DNA of 64,000 bases from Takakia lepidozioides. Lineage: Eukaryota; Plantae; Bryophyta. The notes beneath the pieces were generated by a model. The model did no database searches. It was not told the origin of the DNA and saw nothing but the letters and a program-made list of their open reading frames with translations. The DNA lies in the NCBI GenBank assembly GCA_030704615.1, contig CM060731.1, positions 28,458,001 through 28,522,000 of the forward strand, read 5' to 3'. Position 1 is the first letter of the stretch, and each line of letters opens with the position of its first letter. Below, piece by piece: positions 22,707-36,300 of this stretch. The translations under genes and the position numbers were made by a program.

Positions 22707-23639
22707 ATGGTATCAGAGTTTAATTTTTCTTAAAGTTGGGAGTGACTTCTCGCTTTAGGAGGATTCGATTAAGATGTTTTTGTTTCTAGAGATTTTTGTT
22801 GTTAATATTTTTAAGTGTTGAATAGATAGTAGTGATGGTGCGTCATAACGATAGTATAAAAATTTTATGGACTTAAATCAACCCTCTTTCCGTGATTTTC
22901 CTTCGGAGTGTGAGTTTAAAATTATATGTCATTGTAAGGCAGAAATTAGAGATATGATAGTACAGAGATTTTGAGAGGAACAATATCAAGAAGTGATACA
23001 AAACCCCCGACCTGTCGTCTTTTCTATAATTAGAAATTGGAAGGTATAGATTTGTGTATATACATAGTTCATGGATCGAGGTAGATATTTTCCACCTAAT
23101 TTTCCACCGCCAAATGTATTTAGTATCAATGTGCGCGTCATCGACAAACATCACCTTGTAAGATTTTTAGTTGCAGAATTTGGAGTAGAATTCATCAACC
23201 TTGTCATGAGTTCAAACGTCTCTTTTGTATTACCAATAGTCACGTACGGGATGGTTTGGGATTGCACTATTTACAGGCTATATTAGGATAAGAGAATAGA
23301 GATAGTATACATTAATTTTAGAAGACAAACACCACGAAGGAAGGAGTAGTGGAGCAAGATGGCGGACAATGAAGAAATGGTGGACATTCCCTCCAGGGGC
23401 CACACAGATTGTAATGGCTTGGGCTATTGGAATTAGGGCTACTAAAGATCAAGCATTAAGGTGTGCCAAGTGCTTGAACACTAAGCATTTGGTGTCTTTG
23501 CCAAAACCCCAGCGGAAGTTTAAGTGGCCTATGTTGTTGAAATACAGCCCTGTATTTTCTTTTCATACCTTCTGGTTACACCAGTTACCTCTCTATGTTT
23601 AGAGAATAGAAGAACGCATACACTACTCATTAAGCCAAT

Positions 23640-24545
23640 GATCAGACGGTGTGGATAATGGAGCGCTTATACAAATTGTAGAATGCTCTTGTCACGACCT
23701 AACAACAAAACAACGTGTTGATGGAGGAGCTTAAACAAGTGACACAATCAACCACCCCGGGACTGGTTGCTGATGGGTCGGATACATTACTGCAAAAGAT
23801 GACCAAGACGTGTAAGGTTGAGCCGTATAAAGGAAGTCGCGCCATGGGAGTGCTAGAAGGATGGATTTATCGAATGGAGGTACATTTGTCATATTTCCCT
23901 ACATCAAGCGATTTGGACCACAGAATGTTCATACAATCCATGGTTACAGACATGGGAGAGAAGACAGATTGCAAAAGGAGAATCTTTACTATGGAGCACC
24001 TTGAAAGCGGGACTGCTCCAACAATTCAAGGTAGTAGATGCTGTTACAACTGCTCGAATGAAATTATGGAATTTGGAACAACGCGGGAGTGTGCAAAATT
24101 ACATTGAAGATTTTTTGAATCTTAAGGTTCAAATCGAAGACATGAGTCCTGCAGAAGCTTTAGACAACTTCAAAAGAGGATTGAAGAAGAAAATTCAAGA
24201 AGTAATTTTACGCAACCGGGTTGATGTCTACGAAGCAATTTCATTGGCCCAAAAGATTGAAGGGACGCTACCAAGATACGACGAAGGTATACACGTTCCA
24301 TTGAATTAATACGGACCAACGCCTATGGAGCTTGGAAATCTTCGAAGACGAGATAACTTCCAATACTCTCAAAGAAATAGGTCGGGAATCAGATATGGGG
24401 AAGATAACACACAACGGCGAATGAAATTGAATGACAAGGATGTGACCTCCTCAACATTCTCACGAACAGAAGGACAAAGGGAAACTAGACAATGTTACAA
24501 CTGTGGAAAATACGGACATCTTGCGGCCAACTGCCGAATACACCG
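23640..24545 (+). pseudogene. gag: gag of chromovirus A (frameshifted, cut by the inversion breakpoint)
   Basis: LEQRGSVQNYIEDF...FKRGLK, PTPMELG, zinc knuckle CYNCGKYGHLAANC. Confidence 0.85.
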
Positions 24546-24873
24546 CCTTGTGGAGCCACCCCCACCGCAACCTGGTGTGCGGGGCTCCACCTAGTGAGCG
24601 CCTCCACCTGCTTGAGTGCCTTGGGCACTCAAAGGTGCTTCAGCCCTCCGTACCTATCGCTGCCATTGCCCCCACCACAGGGGCAGCCCTTCCTGCGTCC
24701 TGACCCCCTGCCCTCAAGGCAAAGGACCGCGACAGAGCGCCTCCGCCTCCTTGAGTGCCTTGGGCACTCAATGGTGCTTCAGCCTCCCGTACCTATCGCT
24801 GCCACTGCCCCCACCACAGGGGCAGCCCCTCCTGTGTCCCGACCCCCTGCCCTCAAGGCAAAGGGTCGCGACA
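24546..24873 (-). mobile_element. First part of the 5' LTR of chromovirus B (inverted; first 139 bp duplicated)
   Basis: Reverse complement of 40893-41081; flanked by atgac (= GTCAT TSD). Confidence 0.9.
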
Positions 24874-25429
24874 ATGACGGTTAGTGGGTTGGTATTCCGA
24901 CCTCATTGGTGAAATATTGCGAGGATGAGCGGAGCATATTCTATCGTTTAAGTAAGGCCGATTCAAGCGTTGGGGTAACGATCATGACAATATGTAGAGA
25001 TTTTGGCCCTGAAGCTCAGCGTTTTGTCGCCATTGTAACCTTTACCATCATCACCATTCAAGATGTAAACGTTCTACACTCTATCGAAAATCATAGTGAC
25101 TGAACTAATAACTGAATCTACATCTATCCACTTGTTGTCGGTATGAACATATTTGAATTTAGATGTCCTCTAAATTTTGAAAAGTAGTTTAATAACACCA
25201 TAATTGGTGTGGTTGGTATTGATATTTATGATATCAATAGGCTGCCGCGATATCCCCCACCTGCTTCCATCATGTTTTCATTTTTTGAATCCTGCCTATC
25301 CCCTGCCTATCCAGCAGGTTTCTCGTAGCTATCAATCCACATGGGTTCGAAGGTAATCTTGTGCTTAAAATCCGGCACTCATGGATGACAATCGACAGGA
25401 AACTCCCTCCCTTACCATTAAGAAAAAAT

Positions 25430-25730
25430 GAAACCCCCCGCTCAAACCCCCTCCCTTACCATTAGAACCTAAACTCTAAATGCACGACACGTGTCCAGGA
25501 CTAATCATTGGATGACACGTGTCCACAGGTACTATCTCAACCCTATAGTAATCTTTAAAAAATTAAAATGAGTCATTATTTTAAACCCTATATTCATTTA
25601 AATTCTCTAATCACATATAATATACCCATTATTTAATTTTAAATATTTTCTAATTTTTATCTTTTCAAAATAATTTGCACCCTATATTTTTTTGCACGTC
25701 GGTTGGGAATATTTAGAAGTGACTTCCCCG
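25430..25730. repeat. Dispersed repeat related to 42420-42690 (putative DNA-transposon end)
   Basis: Shared gacacgtgtcc, AT-rich block and ttttttgcacgt..gaatattt.gaag. Confidence 0.45.
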
Positions 25731-27152
25731 GGCAGTTATAGCTTAAGTAGGTTTGAAGTCCTTGGTTATAGGCCCGCTGCTCGCAAAGGCGCCCCGCAAC
25801 CGTGAGCAAAAAATTACTCACGGTTGCACAGGCTCACGTGAGCGGGTCACATTCTATCCCCCCCTCCGCCCCCCTCCCCCCAACAAGGCTAAGGCTAAGG
25901 CTAAGGCTCAACTCAAGACTTTGAAAGTTGGTGTTCATAGATGTGCATGACTATATGTTCTTGATGATCCTAAAGAGAGATTGCGTTGATCTTGGATTGA
26001 GACAACCTTGATGAGTGGTTCTCATACCTATAGGAAATCACAAGAATTATGAAGATCACAATGAAGACTTCCAATGTTTACGGTGCAACCAAACACTATA
26101 GTTTATGTTTGCTAAATAGGCATTATTATTAAGTTTTTCTCTCTTGTATATTGTGTCTTTGCTATTTTGGAACGCAGAGGTAGGTACAGCTTAGTGTAGA
26201 AGAGGTGTAGAAATATGACAGCCACCATTACCGGCCTAGATATGCTTTGGTAGGAGTCAACCCTTGTTTTGCATCATATTTGATATTGCTGTGAAATAGA
26301 GTTCATGCTTCATGAGTCCAATCCACTTTCGTACTAAATAAGGCACACTATGTAGTACAAGATATTCTAGTATCTCTCCTCAAAGGGAAAAACAAATCAA
26401 AAGTATCTCATCACTCCAATGTACCATTTCATTTCAAAGACCCGATCTGTCCCCTATCGTAACATTAGTAATGTACAAGAAGATGTTGTCGGCTTTTAAT
26501 GAAGCCAATTTCTTAAGGATGAATTATCCTGGAAGCATTGGTTGTTCAGCTTGACGCTAAATTATGTCTTTGCAACAATTTTGTAAGTGGAGTCACAGAA
26601 GGTGATGGGGCAATAGTTAGAAAAGAACCCGCGAGATAATGGGAGGACATGATTCTTTTTTCAAAGAATACCATATGTCATCATTTTAAAATCATCCTCA
26701 ATAATGAACCACATTGCTAGGCCTAAACCCAAAAATAAATAAATAACGACACCTAGTTTTCCCCACTCATATAGTACCAATCAACCCCCGCTTTGATCCT
26801 AAGTTATTCTCTTTGTTTTTGCGGAATTGTAGAAAATCAGACTTGGCAAGATTGTAAAACTCAAGGCCCATTGAGGCCTTAAAAGATTGTCAAGATCAAG
26901 TAGTAATTGTTGGTGAACTCGAAGGCTTTTGTTAAGACGTTTTTCTCTTTGCTGGTATCAAAAGCAAATTTCTTGGACAAATCTGCTGTTACAAGATAGA
27001 TGAAAACACGAAGCCGAAGCACTTCACATTTGACTACCGCCCTTTTCAGAGATAGCCTTGTATTTGTATATTGGATTAGTAATTAGTGGTCTCATACGAG
27101 CCATAATGGTTTGTCCCATCTCAATAGTTGCTTAGCCATTCTATCTCACAAG

Positions 27153-27180
27153 TTTAGGGTTTAGGGTTTAGGGTTTAGGG
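27153..27180 (+). repeat. Interstitial telomeric repeat (TTTAGGG)4 between 39-bp direct repeats
   Basis: Four perfect units; flanks 27108-27146 and 27189-27227 are identical. Confidence 0.9.
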
Positions 27181-27284
27181 TTTTGTGAGGTTTGTCCCAT
27201 CTCAATAGTTGCTTAGCCATTCTATCTAATACTGGTGTATGAAGGTCGATAATTCTTTTGATTGGTATATCTAAAAGAGGATGA

Positions 27285-28710
27285 AATTCGACATCTCCCA
27301 CACCGCAGGTCCAAAAATCATGAGACCAAGCCCGTGCACCCCTCCTCGTTGAGGGCGTTCCAATGGTACCAAGCACTAGGGCTGGGGCCTCGCGGTTGGG
27401 GACATCTCAAATCTACTTAACAAAACAAACAAATCAAAACAAAACAAACGTCTTGCTTCATATATTGACTAGGGTAGCCTGTGCCGTTGGCCCAAGTGTC
27501 AAGTGTCATCTAAGCCCAAGTGCAATCTCCTATGTATGCAAGTGCATCTCCTATGTTGAGGCCCGAGTGCGACCTCTAGGGTAGCCTCTGCCATTGGCCC
27601 AAGGGTCCAATGTCATCTAAGTCCAAATGCAATTTTTTTCCACAGAGCCTACGACCAGATTTGAACCGGAGACCTTTCCCTTGACTCTGTCATCTCGAGG
27701 CTCCAACCATTGTCCTAGGAATGCCCACTTTGCCATTTTTGCTATTTTTTGTGAATTTCCAGCGACCAAAAGTACTTGGAATTCCACATCTCCCACACCG
27801 CAGGTCCAAAAATCATGAGACCAAGCCCTTGCACCCCTCCTCATCGAGGGCTTTCCAACGGTACCAATCACCAGGGCTGGGGCCTCGCGGTTTGGGACAT
27901 CTCAAATCTACAAAACAAAACAAACGTTTCGCTTCATATATTGACTTATAGGGTAGCCTGTGCCGTTGGCCCAAGTGTCAAGTGTCATCTAAGCCCAAGT
28001 GCAATCCCCTATGTATCCAAGTGCGTCTCCTATGTCGAGGCCCATCTAAGCCCAAGTGCAATCTTCTATTCATGTATCCAAGTACATCTCCTATGTAGAG
28101 CCCCAATTGTCCACTGTCATCTAAGCCCAAGTCCAATCTCCTATGTATCCAGTGCAATTTCCTATGTATCCAAGTGCGTCTCCTATGTCGAGGCCTAAGT
28201 GCAACCTCTAGGCCCTAGGGTAGCCTATGCCATTGGCCCAAGTGTCCAGTGTCATCTAAGTCCAAGTTCAATCCCCTATGTATCAAAGTGCGTCTCCTAT
28301 GTCGAGGCCCAAATGCAACCTCTAGGGTAGCCTTTGCCGTTGGCCCAAGTGTCCAATGTCATCTAAGTAAGTTTTTTTCCACAGAGCCCACGACCAGATT
28401 TGAACCGGAGACCTTTCCCTTGATATCTCTCCCGTCGAGGCTCCAACCATTGTCCCAAGAATGCCCACTTTGCCATTTTTGCTATTTTTTGCTATTTTCG
28501 GGAATTTCCAGCGACCCAAAGTACTTGAAATTCCACATCTCCCACACCGTAGGTCCAAAAATCATGAGACCAAGCCCGTGCACCCCTTCTCATTTAGGGC
28601 TTTCCAACGGTACCAAGCACCAGGGTTGGGGCCTCGCGGTTGTGGACATCTCAAATCTACAAAACAAAACAAAACAAAACAAAACAAACGTCTCGATTCA
28701 TATATTGATT
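27285..28710. repeat. Complex tandem satellite (3 copies of a ~190-bp core plus catctaagcccaagtg subrepeats)
   Basis: acatctcccacaccgcaggtccaaaaatcatgagacc at ~27291, 27787 and 28535. Confidence 0.85.
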
Positions 28711-29087
28711 ACAACTATTCCATGACTTTCAGTCATGATGAGAACAAAAATGCGACGCTAGCAGTAGGATAGGGTTGGGGATTTGACTGCTGGCTTGCTA
28801 GGGGCGTCCCAACGTCCCAACCAGTGTTGGACCGGTATCATAAACATTTCATACCAGCCAGGGTCTTGTATCGTTGGTGAATAGCCTGGCAAGTAATGGT
28901 ATCAAAGTAGATATCATTTTGTAATGTACCCATCTGGTATGTGTATATATATATATATATATATATTTGCCTGGTATGGTATTGTATGAATATTGCAATT
29001 TTCAAAACTTATATTGGGGGTATATCAAGACTGGTATCAATACATTGCAATATACAATCAACATAAAAGGCTTGAAAACCATAGCAC

Positions 29088-31950
29088 TGCTACATTCCTT
29101 GACACTATGTGACCCAAACAAAAAACTCACACTTGCTCTCCTTAGCATAGAGCTTATTCTCTCTCAAGATCTCTAGAACACTTCTCAAGTGCATCTCCAT
29201 TAGGCAATATAATGGTGCTGGCGCCAACCTCCTTTAACTGCAGCTTGCACTTGTTTGTGAAACTTTGAGACAAGAAGTCATGGCTGCTTCTTGGAACAAT
29301 CAAAACAGTCTTGGTCTCTCTTCCCACCTGACCACTAAATCGTATGACTGTGGGATTATGGTCTATTCCCTCATCCATCACAGCTACTGAGATCCTCAGC
29401 TGTTACCTTTGCTCGTCCCAAGTGCATCAACATCCATCTTATCGTCAACCTCTTGCATAATTACAGCTGCAGTTGCACGCGTTTGGGACAATCAAACGCC
29501 CCGATGGCCTTTTTCATGACAGATAAAACATTGACCCAACCATCAATGTTCTTCCTGTTCCTTCTCTAATAGACGTTTGGTTGTTGGGGCTCCAAACTTC
29601 TGATTACCCCGAGGCTCAGACCTTGTTGTCTTTTTATTAAACCTCTTCTAGTTCTTTCTTTTCTGACCACCACCAAATGGGAATGACTTCGGCTTAAAAT
29701 CCCTCTCAGTAGGTGCAAAAAAATAAAAAATGACGCCTCCTGAAAAGAGCGTAACTTATGGTGTCACTTCACCACAAGAGCTACGGCCTTCCAGCTGAAA
29801 GGTGGACACCTTCGTGACACACCAGACCGTGGTTTGAACCAGTGTTGGCCGGATATGACATCTTGCCATGCATATCCGGCGGTTATTTGCCGGTTATGCA
29901 CATGTGCATAACCGGAAAGTGCAGCCCCCACAGGAACCGGCTATGGAAGGAAACCGGAAAAAAAAATCGAGCTTCCTAACCGGCTAGAGAACTGGCATGG
30001 TGATTATAAGGGTATTATACCCGGAGCAAGATCCGGAGCAAATGTGGATGGCGTAGAGGCGGTTCTAGATAATACAAGTGTAAGGGTTAGTGATGATAGT
30101 TATGAAATTACAATGTTGGGGAGATTAGGTGCACAACTCTAATGAGAATGTCCAAGTAGGAAATTAATTAGTTGGGCATTTGGCATTTGGCTAGGACAAT
30201 AGTTGTAAGTTGTAAGCTTAGTGTATTAGAGGGACAGGGGCGGAGAGATAGATGACAGGGTTGAAGTTTGAAGTTTGAACCCGAGACCCACAACCAATAC
30301 TCTAGGGGCTTATCACCAGGCCACAGCCCTTTTGTGTATAGTTTTACACACATACACAAAAATGCTAGAAAAAATAAAAATAAATAAAAGTGGATGAATC
30401 CCATAACCGGTACCATGGAACCGGCATTTTTAAGATGGCATAACCAGTAGATTGGGAACCGGACAAAAAAAAATCCATGTGTTTATTGGGAACCTGTAAC
30501 CGAGATGTTTTTCAAACCTACTGGTATACCCTGCCCCGGCCATCCATTTTTTTCAAAGAGTACGCCATAACCGGGACCGGGAGAGGGCTCAAAACACGGT
30601 ACCCGGCCAACACTGGTTTGAACCCACAACCACATCCAACGTGGTATGTGCCCATTACCACTGGGCTACATGCTGGTTGTCTCAGTAGGTGCACTTGCAC
30701 CCAGATGTGCCCTATGCTGACTTTCAAAATTGATAGCTAGTCTATATGCATCAGCCTCTGTCTTTGGCTCGTATGCCTGAACCAAAAATCTGATTGCTTT
30801 GTCTAGCCCAGTCAGGAAGAAATCCACCCTGTTAGACTCCTTCAATGAATAGAAGTATGAAGCATGTTCGTCAAACTTCACCTTGTAGTCTACCACACTC
30901 ATTCTTCCTTGGCTAAGTTCCATTAAGCCCATCTTCATCCTGTGTGCATAATCCTCTAGCAAGTACTGTTCTTTGAAGATTCGCTTGAACTTTGCCCATG
31001 TGGTAATCGGATCTACTCTCCCTTCCAGACCCGGCTTCTCTTTCATCCTGATCCACCATTATTTAGATTTGCCTCTCATTTGTAATGAGGTTGTGCGGAT
31101 CTTATCTGCATCTGTATAGTCCTCACTGAAGAATTCTTCTAGAGTCTCCAGAAAAGACAATACCTCTGTGCAATATACATTTGGGCGACCATGGAAGATG
31201 CGTTATCTTCCTAATTTCCTTGTCAACTGTTCTTATCTTGGAATCCTTTGCCAACATTGAACGGCTATCCTGTGAGGATGCACCAAAGACAGAGCCATCT
31301 CTTATTTCTTTTCTCTTTGTTCTAGTTCTTACATGCAGATCATTGTACGACACACTTACTGGCTGGTCTACCGCTTGCTGGTCGGGTGGCACCGCCGGTG
31401 GAGTTGGACTTGCTGTAGGTTTCTTGCCAATAGCGGCTATGCCCTCCTTCACCCTACTTGCTACAGCCTTACGAATAACCTGTGTCAAATCTCCTGTTCT
31501 CATGGTTATAAGTTCTTCTGGCACAACATCCCCCTGTGCTTTCTCAACTGCGACCTGTGTGTGGCTCGTCTCTCCCTCCATCAACCCTGGAGATATATTA
31601 CTTCTATCTTTGGAGATTGTACCCCACTAAAGCAACGAGCTGCCAGAGCCAAACGTCAACTGGCTCATAAACCACAGTTCCCAGAGCTTGAAATATGCTC
31701 TGATACCAAATTGTTACATTCCTTGACACTATGTGACCCAAGTATTCCATCTGGGAAACAAAAAGCTCACACTTGCTCTTCTTAGAATAGAGCTTATTCT
31801 CTCGCAAGATCTCTCATTTCTCAAGTGTTCTATGTGTTCTTCGTCTGACCTTGAATATATTAAGATGTCATCCATGAAGACTAACACAAATTTCTCGAGA
31901 TACTTTCTGAACAAGGTATTCATCAAGCACATGAAAGTGGCTAGTGCATC
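29088..31950 (-). mobile_element. Rearranged Ty3/gypsy element C: RT fragment, PBS, gag, protease remnant, RT remnant
   Basis: VFMDDILIYS and YLGHIVS; PBS gctctgatacca 31697-31708; gag TWAKFKRIFKEQY...LSQGRMSVVDY; CFICHE knuckle ~29520. Confidence 0.75.
29840..30615. mobile_element. Non-autonomous hAT element (776 bp) inserted in gag of element C
   Basis: 13-bp TIR CAGTGTTGGCCGG; 8-bp TSD GTTTGAAC at 29832-29839 and 30616-30623. Confidence 0.92.
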
Positions 31951-31954
31951 TTAG

Positions 31955-32452
31955 TTGATCCCAAGAAGGCAAAGACCTATGCTGATCAGAAAAGATCTTA
32001 GGGAATTTGAGATCGGAGATCAAGTATTCTTGAAAGTGATCCCTAAGAAAAACCAATTGAACCTGGGAAAATGTTATAAGCTTTCCCCAAGGTATTGTGG
32101 ACCTTTCAAAATTATCAAGAAGATTGGCAAGGTAGCCTATTAGCTAGAGTTGCCTATTAGGTGGAATATACATGATGTTTTTCATGTGAGCCTCCTAAGG
32201 AAATATGTTTCTGATCCCAACCATGTTCTCCTAGAACTGCTAAGGGTTACAATAGAAGGAGAAATTGTAGCAGAACCAGAAGAGATTCTTAAGGCAGAAG
32301 TGAAAACCTTAAGATCTCGTTCTTGGAATGAATTCTTGATCAAGGGGAAGAATTACCCTGTAGAAGAATCTACATGGGAGAGAGAGGACGAGCTTTGTAA
32401 GAACTTTCCCCAGTTCAATATTGAGGACAATACTCCTTTATAGGAGGGGAGG
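31955..32452 (+). mobile_element. Integrase C-terminus + chromodomain + PPT of gypsy element D
   Basis: KLSPRYCGPFKI, IHDVFHVSLLRKY, FLIKGKNYPVEESTWE; PPT aggaggggagg. Confidence 0.8.
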
Positions 32453-32983
32453 TGATATAACGTTCTTGGAAATTCGAACATGTGACAGGCTTGGCGGGGC
32501 GTTGAAGGGTTCAGCTCTATTCCGACGGCTGTCTGGGGAGGAGACGGAGCTGTCACATGAAGCAGCAGGTGGTGGCAAGCTCCAAGTGATGAAGACCATG
32601 AAAGGATAGAAAATAGTATATAGAGGAGATTAGGGTTTTTTCTCTTCTGGAGGTACTTGTAGACGTTGGTTGTGAACAGAGACTAGCAGACAGGACGACC
32701 ATCGAGAGAAAGTGCCTACGAGCAGGGAAGATGAATGACACAGAAACAGATGCATGGTGTGGTGGTTGGGAGGACTGGATGTACTCTAGTATCATGTGCA
32801 ACTTCTAGGATTTTGTGATAGTTCTAGTTGAATTGTGTGATTGCTGGAACCTGAAAAAAAAAAAAAGGCCCGAGGACAAGATGACAAGAGGTCGCCTAAA
32901 TCTAGAGAGAGTACCGTTACTCGTTGGCATTTATCCGTGTTGGAATAAGAGCCAGCGACACACCTTGATGAATGTCGTGATCT

Positions 32984-33340
32984 TGTAACAACTAGGATCT
33001 ACACAAACTAGAATAGAAGTACTTCTCAATTTTTTCCCAAAACAACTCGATGCCTTCTAGGCTTTCATTGCATGTTTATATACCCTTCACAATATGATTA
33101 TTTTAAAAGTTTGACTTGAGAACCTCAAGTCAAAACCTCATAAAGTCAACATTCCTAGGTTTGACATATTCTCCACAATATGACTTTATCAAACATTTGA
33201 CCTACTCTCCATAATTTATAAATATCTTATAGGTTTGACTTGAGAACCTCAAGTCAAACTTCCTCAAGTCTAGTTATTTTGGAAACTTCTAGAGAATTTT
33301 CCTCCTCCATCTAGAACCTTCTAAATTCTACCATGTTACA
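32984..33340 (-). mobile_element. 3' LTR of chromovirus A (now inverted)
   Basis: Reverse complement of 22354-22706; PPT 33341-33353; flank gatct = AGATC TSD. Confidence 0.9.
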
Positions 33341-33353
33341 ATCCTTCCCTCTT

Positions 33354-36300
33354 TCAAGAAGCAACGTCCTCGTTGTTCGAATTTTTAAAAGTTTGAATTG
33401 TCAATTGAGCATTTGCGAGATTTTGCACCGGTTCCCAGGTAGCTTTATATAATGGAAATCCTTTCCATAAAACCAAATACTCCAACACCTCATGTTGCCC
33501 TCGTTTGTATGTGCGTTTTTTCAGAACACGGTCGACCTCCCACTCTTCATTTCCGTCTATCAACTCTGGTAAAGGTTGTGGTTCTTGATTATCTTTGAAT
33601 ATTGATGGTCGAGGTTTGTAACGAGGTAGTAGAGAAACGTGAAACATCAAGTGGATCTTCATATGTGGTGGTAACTCCAGCTTGTATGCTACTGCTCCAA
33701 TATGTTTAACGATCGAAAAAAGACCAATGAACCGTGTCCCTAGTTTTCACGATCCAATGATGTGTAAATTGGTTGTACACAACCACACTTGATCCCCAAC
33801 TGCAAACTCCTCATTCCGTCGATGTGCATTTGCATACTGCTTTTGGTGATTTTGGGCAACCATCAGCTTCTCTTTAGCTTGACGTACTCCCCGTCGAATT
33901 TGTTGCACAAATGCGTTAGTTGCGGCTACCTTGGATAACTCCTCATTTGGTAACTTAGACTTTGTAAGAGTTGTTGGTACATTTGGGTGTTCACCATACA
34001 TTAAAAAGAAATGAGTTTCTTTCGTTGACGCGTTGACTGAGTTATTGTATGAAAATTCTACCAATGGTAATAACCAATCCCACTCTTCTTGTTTTTCTAA
34101 CGTAAAGGCCCGCAACATGTCTTCAATTATACAATTCGTTCGCTCTATCTGTCCATCTGACTCCGGATGATAGGCTGTTGACATAGCTAATTTGGTTTTG
34201 AAAAGACCAAATAAGCTTTTCCAAAACAAGCTAGTAAATTGGGTATCTCTGTCAGTAATGAGAACTTTAGATAGCCCATGATGGGAATAGACCGCTTCCA
34301 GATATAGTCGAACTAGTTCAAGTGCAGTGACGGATTTTCTAGTGGGACGGATGTGTATCATCTTACTCAATTTGTCTACAAAGACCACTATAGTGTCGTA
34401 TCCCGATGAAGTTTGAGGTATCTCACAAACTAAATCCATGCTCATATGTTTCCAACGTCTGTTTGGTACTGGTAGTGGTTGTAAAAGACCTGCTGCTTGC
34501 GGTTTGTTAACTTGTTTTGTTGACATTTCATGCAACTTCGAACGTACGTCTCCACTTCGTCTCGCATCCGCGGCCAATAAAATGTCGTTTTAGTTGTTCG
34601 AATGTTTTTTCAACTCCAACATGTCCTGCTATCGCCGTATCATGAGCTTCAAACAATACTTCTGTCTTCAATGCAGGTTCATCAGGGATCCAAAGTTTAC
34701 CTTCCTTGAATACCAACCCTCGAACTTCTGTCACTTTGCCCTTTTTCTTAGCGTCCACGATCTCCCCATCATCTTTAGAAGCCGTCGCTATCTTGTTCCA
34801 CCAATCGGGTTGAATGTTGATTTCTGTCAATGTGTTCATGCGTGACATCATTGTCATTGCATCCGCCAATTGTCGTTTTCCCTCCACATAGACGATTTTC
34901 ATGCTAAATTGTTGTCGTCACTCCGCCCAACGAATCTGTCTCTTCGATAGATCTTTCTGTGTCTCCAAGTACACCAACGGTTTATGGTCTGTCTCTACTA
35001 TGAACTCTTTGTCTCCAAGATAGTGCTTCCAATGTTTTGTAGCCAAAACAATAGCCAATTCTTCTCGTTCGGTTGTATGATAATTTTGTTCCGCAGGTAA
35101 CAATTTGCGAGAAAAATATGCCACTGGGTGCCATCCGTCTTCCCATTCTTTTTGTACACCCCCACCCACTGCTGAGCCTAACGCATCTTCCGAGAGCTTG
35201 ATTAGTCTTGTCGGATCATACCATTTCAAGATCGGGGCATGAAGCAACGCAGCCTTCAAGGCCTAAAATGCTAACTCCTCTTCTGTACCCCACTTCCATC
35301 TAATTCATTTGCCCAAAAGATTTGTCAATGGTTGGGCAATCTTTGAGAATGCCCGTACAAATCATCAGTAGAATCCGGTAAGGCCAAGAAAACTCCTAAA
35401 TTGGGAATGTTTTCAGGGGCTATCCACTGCTGAATAACTTTTATTTTTTCACTCATTACCTCGATTCCCTTCCTACTCACGTAATGCCCAAGATAATCTA
35501 CTTCTTGTTTTCCAAACTCACATTTAGATGCTTTGGCATAGAGCTGATTCTCACGGAGAGACGAGCATGAAGAAGAAATATTCACCCCCGACATCGTAGG
35601 CCCGAAGAAAACTCAACCTTGAAGAACAAATGATGGAGGAAAATATGGTTTTGGGTCCATATGACTTTTGTTCATTGCCAAATTTTGCACGCACGTTGCA
35701 CACGTTGTTATTAAACATATGGCTTGAGAATGAGAAAAAAAAATAAAATCGTGTGAAACCACAGGTCTACTAGATCCTTCTAAACTTCGAAAGGATTATT
35801 AGTTATGAAAAATTGAGGTGGTTTCTATGCTCGACAAGGCTGTTACTATATATCAAAATATCATCTAAAAATTCTATCACAAATCTATCTAAGAATGGCC
35901 GGAAGATATCATTCATGAAGCCCATGAATGTGGCTGGGGCATAGATGAGACGAAATGGCATAACCATGCATTCAAATTGTCCATACCTAGTACGGAAAGC
36001 GGTCTTATATACATCTTCATCAGCGACTCGAATTTGGTTGTATCCACTCCTCAAATCAAGCTTCGTAAAGTATTTTGCTTCTCACAGTTGGTCAAATAGA
36101 TCGTCTATGTGTGGTAACGGGTACTTATTCTTCACTATCTGTTGGTTGAGTATTCGATAATCAATGCACATGCACATTGCTCCATCTTTTTTCTTCACAA
36201 ACAACACTGGCGCTCCATACGGGGATACACTTGGTCTTATAAAGTCTTTTGATAGTAGGTCCTCGACTTGAGCCTTACATTCTTCCAACTCGTTTGGTGC

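Noticed and set aside
28822-29090. Second hAT MITE (cagtgttggaccgg start)
   Set aside because: No convincing right TIR or 8-bp TSD.
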